Shown here one piece after another: positions 1-9,653 of a stretch of DNA of 64,000 bases; positions within the stretch are counted from its first letter, which is position 1, and every line of letters begins with the position of its first letter. The notes under the pieces were generated by a model. It searched no databases and had not been told where the DNA came from. It worked only from the letters and a program-made list of their open reading frames with translations. Position numbers and translations under genes: made by a program. The DNA is from Phormidesmis sp. (GTDB taxonomy: Bacteria > Cyanobacteriota > Cyanobacteriia > Leptolyngbyales > Leptolyngbyaceae), in assembly GCA_965248535.1 (NCBI GenBank), contig CBDFJR010000005.1, positions 1,376,001 through 1,440,000 on the forward strand, read 5' to 3'.

Positions 1-477
1 AGCCCAGGTATGGATCTGGTGAGCCTACAATATTCTTTTGGACTAAGCAAGGAGTATCGTGCAACAAATGTTGGCTTCGGCATCACATACACGTTGCCCG
101 TGATCACTGCCATCTTGTCAGCCAAACCTGGAGCTTTAATACTACTTGAGAACCCAGAGGCGCATCTGCATCCCAAAGGTCAAGCTCTCATGGGTAGTTT
201 ATTAGCCAAAGCTGCGGCTGAAGGTGTGCAGATTATTCTAGAAACTCACAGCGATCATGTGCTAAATGGAATTCGTCTTGCTGTGCATGGAGGAAGTCTT
301 GATCCTAATGCAGTGCGATTACACTTTTTTCAGAGACGTGAATCTCCGGGGCAGTCTATCAGTGAAGTGATTTCACCCCGGATGAATCGTAGAGGACGAA
401 TTGACCAATGGCCTGATGGATTTTTTGATGAGTGGGATAATAGTCTTGCTGCGTTACTTCAACCCGTTGAGGAGTGA
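1..477 (+). CDS. ABC/AAA_21-type ATPase with C-terminal DUF3696 (5' truncated by window edge)
   Basis: Signature-like NVGFG, Walker B/D-loop LILLENPEAHLHP, H-loop ETHSDH, C-terminal IDQWPDGFFDEW typical of DUF3696; frame open to base 1. Confidence 0.85.
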   Translation, partial: SPGMDLVSLQYSFGLSKEYRATNVGFGITYTLPVITAILSAKPGALILLENPEAHLHPKGQALMGSLLAKAAAEGVQIILETHSDHVLNGIRLAVHGGSLDPNAVRLHFFQRRESPGQSISEVISPRMNRRGRIDQWPDGFFDEWDNSLAALLQPVEE

Positions 478-480
478 CTA

Positions 481-1401
481 ATGGCGGTTGAAATGGTTTT
501 GAATGATCTGTCTCTTCTTTCTCCCGTCAGCGATCGAGGAACGGCTAGAAAGTTGATGACTGATCTAATTAGTGTGCTCAGTACAGCGGTGATTTCTGGA
601 GTCAAGACTTTGCGTACTCAGGATAATCTCTACAATCTCATACTCTCGCCTGACTATCCTGTTGCAAGTTGGTTGAATGATGGACAAGTTGAACGGGAAG
701 AGCGTAGCTTCCTACGAACACTTGGAACTAAAACACCCCTGCTAGCAGAAATCATAGATTCGACTGTCCAAGAGGAAGAGTGCCTGACTGATTTTAGGCA
801 TCGAGGAGAGCTAGCTTATGCGCTGGGCATTGCGTACTTGCTGAATGCCCTGGTAATTAGTTTTCACTCTGAGCCAAGGTGGAATTGCGACAGTTTAGAC
901 CTAGAGATTACGAGGTTAGAAGATGAAACAAATTCAGAGGATGTAACTGCGGAACTGACTCTGAAGACGAGTACTGAAAGACTTATTCACGCTAGCCGAA
1001 GAGAGCATATTCTTGGGCACAAGGCACAGATTGAGTATCGCTTTCGTGCAGAGCCTTGGCATTCTGAAGACGAGATACTGCGTTGTCATATCACAGCAGA
1101 TAGGAAAAGTCCCATGTCTGAATGGCTAAATTCTCTTGGCGATCGACGAGCGAAGGAATTTATCCAAGCTAGGCTCAATCAGGTAAAACAGGGTAATTTG
1201 GGTGACTGTAAATCTGTCGGGGAAGGCGTATGGGAATTGAGGATCTTTTATGGCCCTGCCTACCGAATTTATTTTGGTCAGGTTACAGCAGTTCAGCCAT
1301 TACTTCTGAATGGAGGAGATAAAAGCACTCAAGCACAGGACATCATTAAGGCTAAACAGTATTGGCGAGATTATAAACAACAGCAACGTATCTCAGACTG
1401 A
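481..1401 (+). CDS. Protein with uncharacterised ~200-aa N-terminal domain fused to a C-terminal RelE/ParE (addiction module killer/HigB-like) toxin domain
   Basis: C-terminal SEWLNSL...GNLGDCKSVGEGVWELRIFYGPAYRIYFG...LLLNGGDKSTQAQDIIKAKQYW motif; starts 3 nt after the ATPase stop. Confidence 0.8.
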   Translation: MAVEMVLNDLSLLSPVSDRGTARKLMTDLISVLSTAVISGVKTLRTQDNLYNLILSPDYPVASWLNDGQVEREERSFLRTLGTKTPLLAEIIDSTVQEEECLTDFRHRGELAYALGIAYLLNALVISFHSEPRWNCDSLDLEITRLEDETNSEDVTAELTLKTSTERLIHASRREHILGHKAQIEYRFRAEPWHSEDEILRCHITADRKSPMSEWLNSLGDRRAKEFIQARLNQVKQGNLGDCKSVGEGVWELRIFYGPAYRIYFGQVTAVQPLLLNGGDKSTQAQDIIKAKQYWRDYKQQQRISD

Positions 1402-1428
1402 CAATATGAACAATACTTGCCAAGTTAC

Positions 1429-4400
1429 TCACACCAGTGCAGGTTCGAGGAGTGCGCCTTGCATTCGACTGAGCCAATCGATCAGATTAGAGAGTTGTTG
1501 GTCAGCACTGAGCATTCCCAAGCCGCGCACAGTGACTTTGCCGGGAGTGTAGACAAAGCGAGTTTGCAGATGATTGGGCAGGTTTTCTTTGAGCAGATTC
1601 CAGCCGGGTTCCTCCATTGGGGTTTCGAGAATGACGTGCTGTTTGCCGTCGGGCTTGATGCGAGAAAAGCCGATTTTTTTGGCGACTTGTTTGAGTTCCA
1701 TGACGCGCAAAAGTTGGAGGGCCGCGATCGGGATCGAGCCATAGCGATCGCTCCAGTCTGCCGCAATCTGGGTCAACTCTGGTTTAGAAGATGCGGTGGC
1801 AACTAGGCGATAGGCATCCATTTTTTGGTCTAGGTCGGGAATGTAATCGGCTGGAATAAAGGCGGTGAGACTGAGATCGATCTGCGTGTCGTCCACTTTG
1901 GGAATTTCTTGACCGCGAATTTCTTTAATCGCGTCTTCGAGCATCTCCATGTAGAGATCGAACCCGATCGCGTCCATTTGTCCCGATTGTTCGGCTCCGA
2001 GCAGGTTGCCCACGCCGCGAATTTCCATATCTCGCACGGCTAGCTGATAGCCTGAGCCGAGTTGGGTAAACTCTTGGAGTGCCCGCAGACGTTGACGGGC
2101 TGCGTCTGAGAGTTCGTGTTTTTTAGGATAAAACAGCCATGCGTGCGCCTGAATGCCTGCCCGTCCGACGCGACCGCGCAACTGATAAAGCTGAGACAAC
2201 CCGAACTTTTGAGCGTCTTCGATCAGGATTGTGTTGACTCTGGGAATGTCTAACCCCGACTCGATAATCGTGGTGCAAACGAGAATATCGGCTTCGGCTT
2301 CGCCAAAGGTGAGCATCGTGGATTCGAGTTCTGACTCTGGCATTTGCCCGTGAGCGACTGCAATTCTGGCACCAGGAATCATCTCGCGCAGTTGAGCCGA
2401 GATTTCTTCAATGCCTTCGACTCTGGGAACGACGTAGAAGATCTGTCCGCCCCGATCGAGTTCTTGTCGAATCGCCGATCGCACCATTTCAGGATCGTAG
2501 GGCGACATATGAGTTTTAATCGCACGGCGAGACGGCGGAGGAGTTGTAATTAAACTCATTTCGCGCACGCCAGATAACGCCATATATAACGTGCGAGGAA
2601 TCGGAGTTGCACTGAGACTGAGAACGTCAACTTGAGTTTTGAGCGATTTGATTTTCTCTTTTTGATTTACGCCAAATCGCTGTTCTTCATCCACTACCAA
2701 CAGTCCCAAATCTTGGAACTGAATGCCTTTTCCTAACAGTTGGTGAGTGCCAACGACAATATCCAATTCTCCGGTAGTTAAACGACGCTGAATATCTTTG
2801 CGCTCGTCAGCCGTGCGAAATCGATTCAGCAATCCGACCTGAATGGGATAAGGTGCAAATCGTTCTTTGAGGGTGTGATAGTGCTGTTGAGTCAAAATCG
2901 TGGTTGGTGCTAGCAATGCTACTTGCTTTCCGGCGATGACGGCTTTAAATATTGCCCGAATCGCAACTTCGGTTTTGCCAAAGCCGACATCCCCACAGAC
3001 CAATCGATCCATCGGACGATCGCTCTCCATATCCAGCTTCACATCTTGGGTGGCTTTAAGCTGATCGGGCGTGGGCTGATAGGGAAACGATTCTTCCATC
3101 TCTTGCTGCCAAGGCATATCAGTGGGGTAAGCAAAGCCGGACTGCTGCGATCGCTGGGCATAGAGATGCAGCAAATCCACCGCAACTTTTTTGATCGCTT
3201 TCCGAACTTTGCTCTTGGTTTTCTCCCAGGCTTTGCTCGACATTTTGTTGAGTTGCGGCACCGCTTCGCCCACGCCCCGAAACCGAGACAGGGCGCTGAG
3301 TTGATCGGCTGCAACTCGCAGTAAACCATCGGCATATTTCAATACTAAATACTCGCGAGTTTCTTCATTAAGCGTCAAACTTTCGAGCTTGATGAATTGA
3401 CCGACCCCATGATTTTTGTGAACCACATAATCACCGGGCTGCAATTTGTTGGGATCAACTTGCTTAGACGCAGCGCGGCGACGTTTGCGAACATAGCTCG
3501 GAGTCGTGAGGCTGTGTTGTCCAAAAAACTCCCGATCGGTGACCAACACCATCCGAAAAGTTGGCAGAATAAAGCCTTCTAGCTCGGCTAACCCCGAATA
3601 TTTGACCGCCACCGGAACGTGCTGAATTTGCAGTTTGTCGATCGCTAAAAAATCTCGCGGGTTGGGCACAAACTGCGCGGGGCAATCATGCTCTTGCAGC
3701 AGCGAAACTGAGCGAGACGGCTGGGCTGAGACGAGCCAAACTGAGAAGCCCCGATCGCGCTCTCCTCTCAACGTTTCAGCGAGTCGCCCAAACTGGTGGG
3801 GCACCGCAGGAACGGGACGGCTGGCGAGATTTAGCCCATTCTTCTCTTCTGCCAGTTCGCTGAGAAAGAGACGATCGAAGCACTCAACTTCAGCCAGAGA
3901 CGCAGCAAACGAACGGTGCGTTTTAGGGAACGGGTGAGAGATTTCTTGCCAATGTTCTTCGACTTGATCAAACCAGCGATCGCCGTGGGCTTCACACATT
4001 TCTGGTTCGTCAAGCGCGATCAAAGTATTGTCAGGTAAATAATCTAGCAGAGACGCAGGTTTTGAGAAAGCGAGTCCTAAAAAGCGGCGCATTCCCTCGA
4101 TCGCGTGTCCTTGCTCAAATTTTTCTTGATCTTCGGGAGAGAGATAAGGCTCAACTTGCTCAAACGTTAGATGAGATTGAATAATCGGGCTGAAACTCGT
4201 GGGAGTCAGCACCAAGCGATCGATGCGATCGAGCGATCGCTGCGTAGACGGATCAAACTCCCGAATCTGATCTAATTCGTCGCCAAACAACTCCAATCGA
4301 ACAGGCAGTTCTGCTGCGACCGGAAACACATCGATAATGTCTCCTCGACGGCTCCACTGTCCTTCGGTTTCGACGAGATTGACGCGATCGTAGCCCAGTC

Positions 4401-4896
4401 TTGCTAACTCGTTACTGAGCGTATTGAGGTTTAGCTCTTTGCCACGATCGAGCGACAAACAATAGGGCGCAAAGGCTTCGACAGGCGGCAGGTGAGTTTG
4501 CAGGGCGCGTTCGGTGGCCACGATCGCCAGAGCACCCGGCTTTTCGGTTTCGTCGGTCGTCTTGACCAAATCTGCCAAGACCTGCAACTGTCCCCAATTC
4601 ATCTCTGCTTCGGGGTCAAACACCTCGTAGGGCGACGTTTCCGACGTGGGATAAAAATGCACCGTTTGCCAGCCCATTGCCTCTAGTTGAGCGCTCCAGC
4701 GTCCGGCTTCTTCTAAGGTTGCCGTGACCACCAGCAACGGACGGGTTTGAGCTTGCGCCAGCGTAGACGCGACTAAGCCCTTGGGCAATCGTGCTAGCCC
4801 ACTCAGCCGCAAAAATTGCTGCTGCTTGAGTTTGTTGAGCAGTTCAGTCGTTAGGGGCAATCGGCCGAGGGCACGAGTGATCGAAGAAAACGCCAT
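1429..4896 (-). CDS. mfd: Transcription-repair coupling factor
   Basis: 1155 aa; CarD-like RID ([12 protein letters not shown]), [31 protein letters not shown]-terminus. Confidence 0.98.
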   Translation of the reverse strand: MAFSSITRALGRLPLTTELLNKLKQQQFLRLSGLARLPKGLVASTLAQAQTRPLLVVTATLEEAGRWSAQLEAMGWQTVHFYPTSETSPYEVFDPEAEMNWGQLQVLADLVKTTDETEKPGALAIVATERALQTHLPPVEAFAPYCLSLDRGKELNLNTLSNELARLGYDRVNLVETEGQWSRRGDIIDVFPVAAELPVRLELFGDELDQIREFDPSTQRSLDRIDRLVLTPTSFSPIIQSHLTFEQVEPYLSPEDQEKFEQGHAIEGMRRFLGLAFSKPASLLDYLPDNTLIALDEPEMCEAHGDRWFDQVEEHWQEISHPFPKTHRSFAASLAEVECFDRLFLSELAEEKNGLNLASRPVPAVPHQFGRLAETLRGERDRGFSVWLVSAQPSRSVSLLQEHDCPAQFVPNPRDFLAIDKLQIQHVPVAVKYSGLAELEGFILPTFRMVLVTDREFFGQHSLTTPSYVRKRRRAASKQVDPNKLQPGDYVVHKNHGVGQFIKLESLTLNEETREYLVLKYADGLLRVAADQLSALSRFRGVGEAVPQLNKMSSKAWEKTKSKVRKAIKKVAVDLLHLYAQRSQQSGFAYPTDMPWQQEMEESFPYQPTPDQLKATQDVKLDMESDRPMDRLVCGDVGFGKTEVAIRAIFKAVIAGKQVALLAPTTILTQQHYHTLKERFAPYPIQVGLLNRFRTADERKDIQRRLTTGELDIVVGTHQLLGKGIQFQDLGLLVVDEEQRFGVNQKEKIKSLKTQVDVLSLSATPIPRTLYMALSGVREMSLITTPPPSRRAIKTHMSPYDPEMVRSAIRQELDRGGQIFYVVPRVEGIEEISAQLREMIPGARIAVAHGQMPESELESTMLTFGEAEADILVCTTIIESGLDIPRVNTILIEDAQKFGLSQLYQLRGRVGRAGIQAHAWLFYPKKHELSDAARQRLRALQEFTQLGSGYQLAVRDMEIRGVGNLLGAEQSGQMDAIGFDLYMEMLEDAIKEIRGQEIPKVDDTQIDLSLTAFIPADYIPDLDQKMDAYRLVATASSKPELTQIAADWSDRYGSIPIAALQLLRVMELKQVAKKIGFSRIKPDGKQHVILETPMEEPGWNLLKENLPNHLQTRFVYTPGKVTVRGLGMLSADQQLSNLIDWLSRMQGALLEPALV

Positions 4897-5026
4897 TGGT
4901 TAAGCGAAGAGTGTTGCAGTTTAGCTATCTTTACATTTTATCGAGCGATCGGTGGAGTTGAGTGAAAGCAGCGATCGTCCCCTCAGCATCTCCAATCTTT
5001 GATAAACACCGCAATTGTTCGCTTGA

Positions 5027-5851
5027 TTATCGGTGAGTTTCCACAAGTTTTTGAAAGGCGACCAACGTTTGTTGATAACGCTCACCTGCGACCCACGAGA
5101 AATCATTGTGTCCTGCCTCGGCAACCCAAAGAGACATCTTAGGCTCTGATGCAGCTTCATAAAGTCGCTGACCGTGTTGAATCGGAATGGTTTGATCTGC
5201 TTGACCGTGCATCACGAGAACCGGACACTGCACCTTTCGCAGCTTATCAAGGTTAGAAAACTTGTCGAAGGGAAGTATGGGAAAAGGCACAACGACCCGG
5301 AAGGCAGATGTAAACGTGCTCTCTAAAATCAAACCGCCCACTGGATGCCGAGTTGCTAGGTCAACGGCTGACCCACCCCCCACCGATCGCCCATACACAA
5401 TAATTTGTTTAGGAGGTATTTTGAGTTGTTCGGTTAGATACCGATAGGCTGTCTCTGCGTCCTGATAAGCGTTGCGTTCGCTGGGGTTGCCGTTGCTGGT
5501 TCCATAGCCACGGTAGTCATAAGCAAACACACTAAATCCCCAACTGTGCAGGCGATCGAGCAACGGACGAATATCCCCCAAATCTTCCGCATTGCCGTGA
5601 ATGTAGAGCAAGGTTTGGGTCGCTTGAGAATTGGGCAAGTAGAGGGCTGAAATCTGCTCAGTTTGAGTCACCGACAGCTTAAGACTATTTTTTGAATCTT
5701 GGTAGCTAGTAGGCTGCGGCAAAAAGATCATGCTGTCTGCTCGAAAAAAGACGTAAAGCGCGAAAAACGTGTAGATAAATAGGAGCGATCGCACCAGTCT
5801 TTTCCAACTCAGATCTCCGATGATCAGTTTTCTTAACGGCAATTGACGCAT
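5027..5851 (-). CDS. Alpha/beta hydrolase (ABHD17/BEM46-like)
   Basis: HGNAEDLG, YDYRGYG, nucleophile GRSVG, HGQAD, AGHND. Confidence 0.9.
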   Translation of the reverse strand: MRQLPLRKLIIGDLSWKRLVRSLLFIYTFFALYVFFRADSMIFLPQPTSYQDSKNSLKLSVTQTEQISALYLPNSQATQTLLYIHGNAEDLGDIRPLLDRLHSWGFSVFAYDYRGYGTSNGNPSERNAYQDAETAYRYLTEQLKIPPKQIIVYGRSVGGGSAVDLATRHPVGGLILESTFTSAFRVVVPFPILPFDKFSNLDKLRKVQCPVLVMHGQADQTIPIQHGQRLYEAASEPKMSLWVAEAGHNDFSWVAGERYQQTLVAFQKLVETHR

Positions 5852-5918
5852 GAACGGTTACTGCAAGCCACAGCCATTAGTTATTCTCGATGATCTTACC
5901 AAGTTGACGAGGCGATCG

Positions 5919-6033
5919 GAAGACGTGACGGGCGAAGGGTAAAACTCAGATACACTAAAACAGTCCGCACCATCCCTGCCAAATCAACAGGCAGCGCCAA
6001 GAATGCCTCCCACCGTCGAATGTTTGATTATCT
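5919..6033 (+). repeat. ~115-bp direct repeat, copy 1 (duplicate of the promoter and first ~10 codons of the 6732 gene)
   Basis: gaagacgtgacgggcgaaggg...gaatgcctcccaccgtcgaatgtttgattatctt is near-identical to 6648-6762; offset 729 bp. Confidence 0.95.
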
Positions 6034-6063
6034 TTGGAGAGGCAGATCTCGAACTCAGCACCC

Positions 6064-6324
6064 CTAGCTCTCGTCTGCTGCATCTGAAAGGCTAGCCTGT
6101 GGTTTGGGGGCAAGCGCTTGGTTATTTTGCGTGACTCTGACTAGAAATCGCAATGCTTCGTTGACAGCCTCAGCATTAGGAAACATCGCTGCAACATCAG
6201 GATCTAACCGCACCGTTGTTTCGCCAAAGTTGTTGCGTCCAGACCCTAATCTCCTAACCCGCAGACTTGCCAGGTCATACTCTGACCGAAGCTCATCATC
6301 CCTAATTGACTCATCCCTTTTCAT
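6064..6324 (-). CDS. BrnA-like antitoxin
   Basis: DDELRSEYDL...VRLDPDVAAMFPNAEAVNEALRFL; ATG at 6324 overlaps the brnT 3' end. Confidence 0.8.
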   Translation of the reverse strand: MKRDESIRDDELRSEYDLASLRVRRLGSGRNNFGETTVRLDPDVAAMFPNAEAVNEALRFLVRVTQNNQALAPKPQASLSDAADES

Positions 6325-6583
6325 AAGCTTCTCGTTCGCTTCGTGTGACTTCTCTAGCACTGATGAGGCGAGTTAACTCACCCCGCTCTGTATAGGACAC
6401 AATCAGTAATCGTCTTTGGTTTGACTCTCCCACCATCAGATAACGCGCCTCCTGTTCCGAATGGTCTGGGTCATAGAAATCAATGTAGAGCGGGTCGTCA
6501 AATACAGTTTTGGCTTCCTCAAACGAAACTCTATGCTTTGAAACGTTTCTAGCTGCTTTAGTTTCGTCCCACTCAAATTTCAT
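6311..6583 (-). CDS. brnT: BrnT family ribonuclease toxin (DUF497)
   Basis: MKFEWDETKAARNVSKHRVSFEEAKTVFDDP...RLISAR...ER..YE. Confidence 0.92.
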   Translation of the reverse strand: MKFEWDETKAARNVSKHRVSFEEAKTVFDDPLYIDFYDPDHSEQEARYLMVGESNQRRLLIVSYTERGELTRLISAREVTRSEREAYEKG

Positions 6584-6647
6584 GAAACCAGTCTAGCCAG
6601 TTTCGCAGAGAACTTTAAACCTAAGTCGGTTTGTGACGAGCCAAATA

Positions 6648-6762
6648 GAAGACGTGACGGGCGAAGGGTAAAACTCAGATACACTAAAACAGTCCGCACC
6701 ATCCCTGCCAAATCAACAGGCAGCGCCAGGAATGCCTCCCACCGTCGAATTTTTGATCATCT
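6648..6762 (+). repeat. ~115-bp direct repeat, copy 2 (native promoter and start of the hemolysin-family gene)
   Basis: Matches 5919-6033 with only a few substitutions. Confidence 0.95.
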
Positions 6763-8090
6763 TGCTTTTAACGATCGCTAACGGCTTGTTTGTGATGTCA
6801 GAAATGGCGATCGTGTCTGCCCGAAAGGTGCGCCTCCAACAGATGGCCAATCAGGGAGACGCTAGAGCCAAAGCAGCGCTCGATCTGGCCAACGCACCCA
6901 ATAACTTTTTGGCGATCGGGCAAGTTGCCATCACGCTAATTGCGATCATCTCTGGTGCCTTTGGTGAGGCGGCCATCTCGCGCAGAGTCGAGCCAATTTT
7001 AGAATCAATCCCGTTTTTGCAACCCTATAGCCACCCGCTTTCGTTTGTGATCTCGGTGATTTGCCTGGCTTATCTGACCTTGATTATTGGCGAATTGGTG
7101 CCGAAGCGATTAGCGCTTAACTACCCCGAACGGGTGTCGTCAGTGGTGGCGATGCCAATGAGCTTGCTGGCAAAAGTGGCCGCCCCGATCGTCTTCTTAT
7201 TAGGCATCTCAACCGACTTGGTGCTGAGGGTTTTGGGCATTCGTCCATCGGGTGAGCCAACTGTGACTGAAGAAGAAATTCGCGTCATGATCGAGCAGGG
7301 CACCGAAGCGGGGATGTTTGAGCAAGCCGAAGAAGACATCATGAAACGGGTGTTTAGGCTGGGCGATCGCCGCGTTAGTTCTCTCATGACTCCTCGCTTA
7401 GAAATTGTCTGGCTCGATCTCGAAGACTCGCTCGACGAAAACCGCCGCACGATGATGGAGAGTTCTCACTCTCGCTTCCCGGTTTGTCATAGCGGCCTCG
7501 ATAATTTGCTGGGAGTGGTGCAGGTCTATGACTTATTAGTAAAAACGCTGTCGGGTCAACCGATCGATTTCACCAGTTCGCTGCACACGCCTGTGTTTGT
7601 GCCCGAAAGCACTCGTGCGCTAAAGGTGCTAGAGCTATTTAAACAGTCGGGCACTCAGATCGCGTTTGTGGTCGATGAATATGGCGTGATTCAGGGGTTG
7701 GTGACGCTGACGGATGTGCTGCAAGCGATCGTGGGTGATATTCCCTCAGTTGAAGAGTTGCAGGAGCCGCAAGCCGTGCAGCGAGAAGATGGCTCATGGC
7801 TGTTGGATGGGATGCTGCCGATTTATCAATTTAAAGAGATTCTCAACTTAGAAGACGAAGAACTGCCGGGAGAGCAACGGGGCAGCTATCAGACGCTGGG
7901 CGGTTTTGTCGTGATGCACCTAGGTCGCATTCCTGCGCCGGCCGACCATTTTGAATGGGACACCATGCGCTTTGAAGTGATGGATATGGATGGTAACCGC
8001 GTCGATAAAGTGCTGGTGATGCCCCCCCGAACTCAAAGAGGATTGGAAGGACGAGGAAGTTATGAACCCGATCGACGCGACAGATCCTAA
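6732..8090 (+). CDS. Hemolysin/CNNM family protein (DUF21-CBS-CorC_HlyC)
   Basis: NGLFVMSEMAIVSARK, GELVPKRLAL, HSRFPV, VVDEYG, TLGGFV, MDGNRVDKVLV. Confidence 0.93.
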   Translation: MPPTVEFLIILLLTIANGLFVMSEMAIVSARKVRLQQMANQGDARAKAALDLANAPNNFLAIGQVAITLIAIISGAFGEAAISRRVEPILESIPFLQPYSHPLSFVISVICLAYLTLIIGELVPKRLALNYPERVSSVVAMPMSLLAKVAAPIVFLLGISTDLVLRVLGIRPSGEPTVTEEEIRVMIEQGTEAGMFEQAEEDIMKRVFRLGDRRVSSLMTPRLEIVWLDLEDSLDENRRTMMESSHSRFPVCHSGLDNLLGVVQVYDLLVKTLSGQPIDFTSSLHTPVFVPESTRALKVLELFKQSGTQIAFVVDEYGVIQGLVTLTDVLQAIVGDIPSVEELQEPQAVQREDGSWLLDGMLPIYQFKEILNLEDEELPGEQRGSYQTLGGFVVMHLGRIPAPADHFEWDTMRFEVMDMDGNRVDKVLVMPPRTQRGLEGRGSYEPDRRDRS

Positions 8091-8212
8091 ACTGATCGCT
8101 CAATACTTTGATGATTCAAGTGTGACATGGGGAAATCGTAGCGATCGTGAAGATAGACGATCTCCATTGTCCAACGATATGATTAACGACATCACAAGTA
8201 ACTAACTTAGAT

Positions 8213-8443
8213 ATGGTGACTCTCAACCAGGTTCTTGAAAATGCCATGCAGCTTCCTGTAGAGCAGCAGGAAATGCTTATTGAAATTCTCCATAATCGTC
8301 ATCTTGAACAGCGCCGCGATGAAATTGCAGAAGATGCGAGAGAATCTATCAGCGCATTTCGCGCAGGACAGATCAGACCTCAACCTGTAGAAGACATCAT
8401 TTTAGAACTGCGTCAGTCTCTCAACCATGCTGATGACGAATGA
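8213..8443 (+). CDS. Small antitoxin-like protein (typical partner of a YafQ-type toxin)
   Basis: 76 aa; its stop overlaps (ATGA) the start of a YafQ-like ORF. Confidence 0.65.
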   Translation: MVTLNQVLENAMQLPVEQQEMLIEILHNRHLEQRRDEIAEDARESISAFRAGQIRPQPVEDIILELRQSLNHADDE

Positions 8444-8568
8444 GAGAACTCGTTCTAACTCCAAAGTTTAAAAGAGCTTTTCGCAAATTTATAAGGCGAG
8501 ATACCAAGTTTCAAAATCGCCTAGAAGATACTTTAACTAATCAGAAATTGCCCTATCGTACTACATAA
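8440..8568 (+). pseudogene. Truncated RelE/YafQ-family mRNA interferase
   Basis: Manual translation MRELVLTPKFKRAFRKFIRRDTKFQNRLEDTLTNQKLPYRTT*; N-terminus is YafQ-like but it stops at 42 aa, before the catalytic half. Confidence 0.7.
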
Positions 8569-8576
8569 AAATCTGA

Positions 8577-9415
8577 CTATAAAGAGCGAATTCCTGTGAT
8601 TAAACCGTGACAGATTCCGGTTAAGAAATCTAGATCCAGAGTGTCTAAGCGATCGCTAGCTTTGTGATAGTTGGGATTGCGAAGATCAGCAGTGTCGGTA
8701 ATCATCAGGGCCCGATCGCCGCGATCCCAAAAAGGGGCGTGATCACTGCGACGAGTTAAGGGCAAAATCTTGCCGCTATTGGGCACCGGGAGCAACTCGC
8801 AATTGACTCCAGCTTGACGAATGTTGCGCCGCAAATGGATTAGATCAGGAATCGATTTTAAGTTGCCAATCAATCCGATAAAGTTGCCTTGATGGGGGTA
8901 GAAATACTTCAGCCCCGTTGGGTAGCTTTGCGAATGGGGAGTAGCCACACAATAGCCCAACATTTCTAAAGAAATCATCAACCGCAGTGGCTCACTGAGA
9001 CTACGGGCATAGTGAGTGCTGCCAGCCCGATCGTAAGCAGTCTCCTCACAGTCAAACGCCACTAATCGAATCGGATGTCGAGCCGGCCCTTCATGAAAGG
9101 CTCTAGCCATCTCTAACAACACTGCCACCCCTGTCGCATTGTCATCAGCCCCAAGCGAACCCGGCACCGCATCATAATGGGCCCCGATTAAAATTGCAGG
9201 TCGATTTGTTGGCTTTTGGGCAGGCAAATTAAGCACCCAATTTGAGTGAGTTTTTGCCCCCATTAAAAATTCGTGACTCTCCGCTATTCCCCATTGACTA
9301 AACGCTTGACGAATGTATTGCTCACATAAAAGTGTCCTTCAGTCGCTAAATAGACATCTCGTTCGCGAATAATTTCTTGAAGGTGCGATCGTAGCCGTTC
9401 TCTTAAAGCCAGCAT
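8577..9415 (-). pseudogene. M28 family peptidase with a 1-nt frameshift near 9325
   Basis: GAHYD, PGSLGADDNATGVAVLLE, SLEMLGY, RSDHAPFW, YHKASD; N-terminal MLALRERLRSHLQEIIRERDVYLATEGHFY (ATG 9415) is in a different frame from EQYIRQAFSQWG... Confidence 0.8.
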
Positions 9416-9479
9416 TCTTTAGCTCTGCTCAATAAATTGATCGGCCCTTGGATAGATGCAATCTACAAACTGTCTTGAA

Positions 9480-9522
9480 TGTATTCATTTTGACAATTTT
9501 TTTTGATCCCTAATTAGAGAAT
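9480..9522 (+). promoter_or_regulatory. Candidate NtcA-activated promoter
   Basis: TGTA-N8-GACA (one mismatch to TGTA-N8-TACA) followed 22 nt later by GAGAAT, upstream of the porin and amino-acid ABC operon. Confidence 0.5.
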
Positions 9523-9653
9523 CACCTCATTCAGGTCATTGACTTGACCCGGTTTCAATACTAGCTTGCCAGATTTTGCTAGCAAGAGTTTCGACTGTGA
9601 TTAGCGATTGAATCTCAGTTATTTTACGAACGAGTGGTGTGAGTGTGTAATTT

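Noticed and set aside
1417..4686. Multiple short ORFs overlapping mfd (and similar ones over other core genes)
   Set aside because: Antisense or alternative-frame shadows of well-supported genes.
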